Notes under the pieces: generated by a model
Seen by the model: only the letters and a program-made list of their open reading frames with translations
What the model was told of the DNA's origin: nothing
Databases searched by the model: none
Origin: Octopus bimaculoides
Taxonomy: Eukaryota
DNA: 64,000 bases
Direction of reading: 5' to 3'
NCBI RefSeq assembly: GCF_001194135.2
Contig: NC_068989.1
Coordinates: 56,352,541-56,416,540, forward strand
Shown here: piece after piece, positions 63,924 through 64,000 of the stretch
Layout: each line of letters begins with the position of its first letter
Numbering within the stretch: position 1 is the stretch's first letter
Program-made: the position numbers and the translations under genes

Positions 63924-64000
63924 TACAAGAGGCAGACTTTATAGGTTATGTTTTGAGGCTGAATCTTCACAAATTCACAGATCTCTAGTTCCTTTTTATA
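63924..64000 (-). CDS. predicted coding exon, gene 1, truncated by the window edge (YKKELEICEFVKIQPQNITYKVCLLx)
   Basis: Consensus donor GTGAGT at 63923; frame open to the window edge; ends phase 2 (TA), completing TAC with the first C of the 46464 exon. Confidence 0.6.

Overview
AT-rich, repeat-dominated eukaryotic genomic DNA. The SINE, RTE-LINE and MITE repertoire and the microsatellite load match what I recall of Octopus (cephalopod) assemblies; this is an inference, not a database match. Six N gaps are present. Almost all ORFs in the supplied track are microsatellite or low-complexity artefacts or decayed transposon frames. Recognisable transposon remnants include a FLYWCH/MULE element with 9-bp TSD, maT-type, mariner and Tc1-type elements, Gypsy pol, R4/Dong, RTE and CR1-type LINEs, and hAT, piggyBac, pogo, Helitron and Merlin-like MITEs. 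Hand reading of splice signals gives two phase-consistent chains of small minus-strand exons that the ORF track mostly misses. Gene 1 has exons at 63924->64000 and a terminal exon at 46338-46464. Gene 2 has exons at 36436-36536, 26120-26179 and 24654-24705. A possible third promoter/first exon lies near 19.6-20.3 kb. I cannot name either protein. The most unusual structures are a Merlin-like MITE with a back-to-back telomeric palindrome core, a fold-back Tc1 derivative built from two 3' ends, a TIR-bounded composite enclosing a CpG-rich promoter-like island, several long palindromes, head-to-tail SINE arrays, and CpG-retained versus CpG-depleted blocks that roughly track the inferred gene bodies. 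SINE/LINE boundaries are approximate, to within tens of bp.
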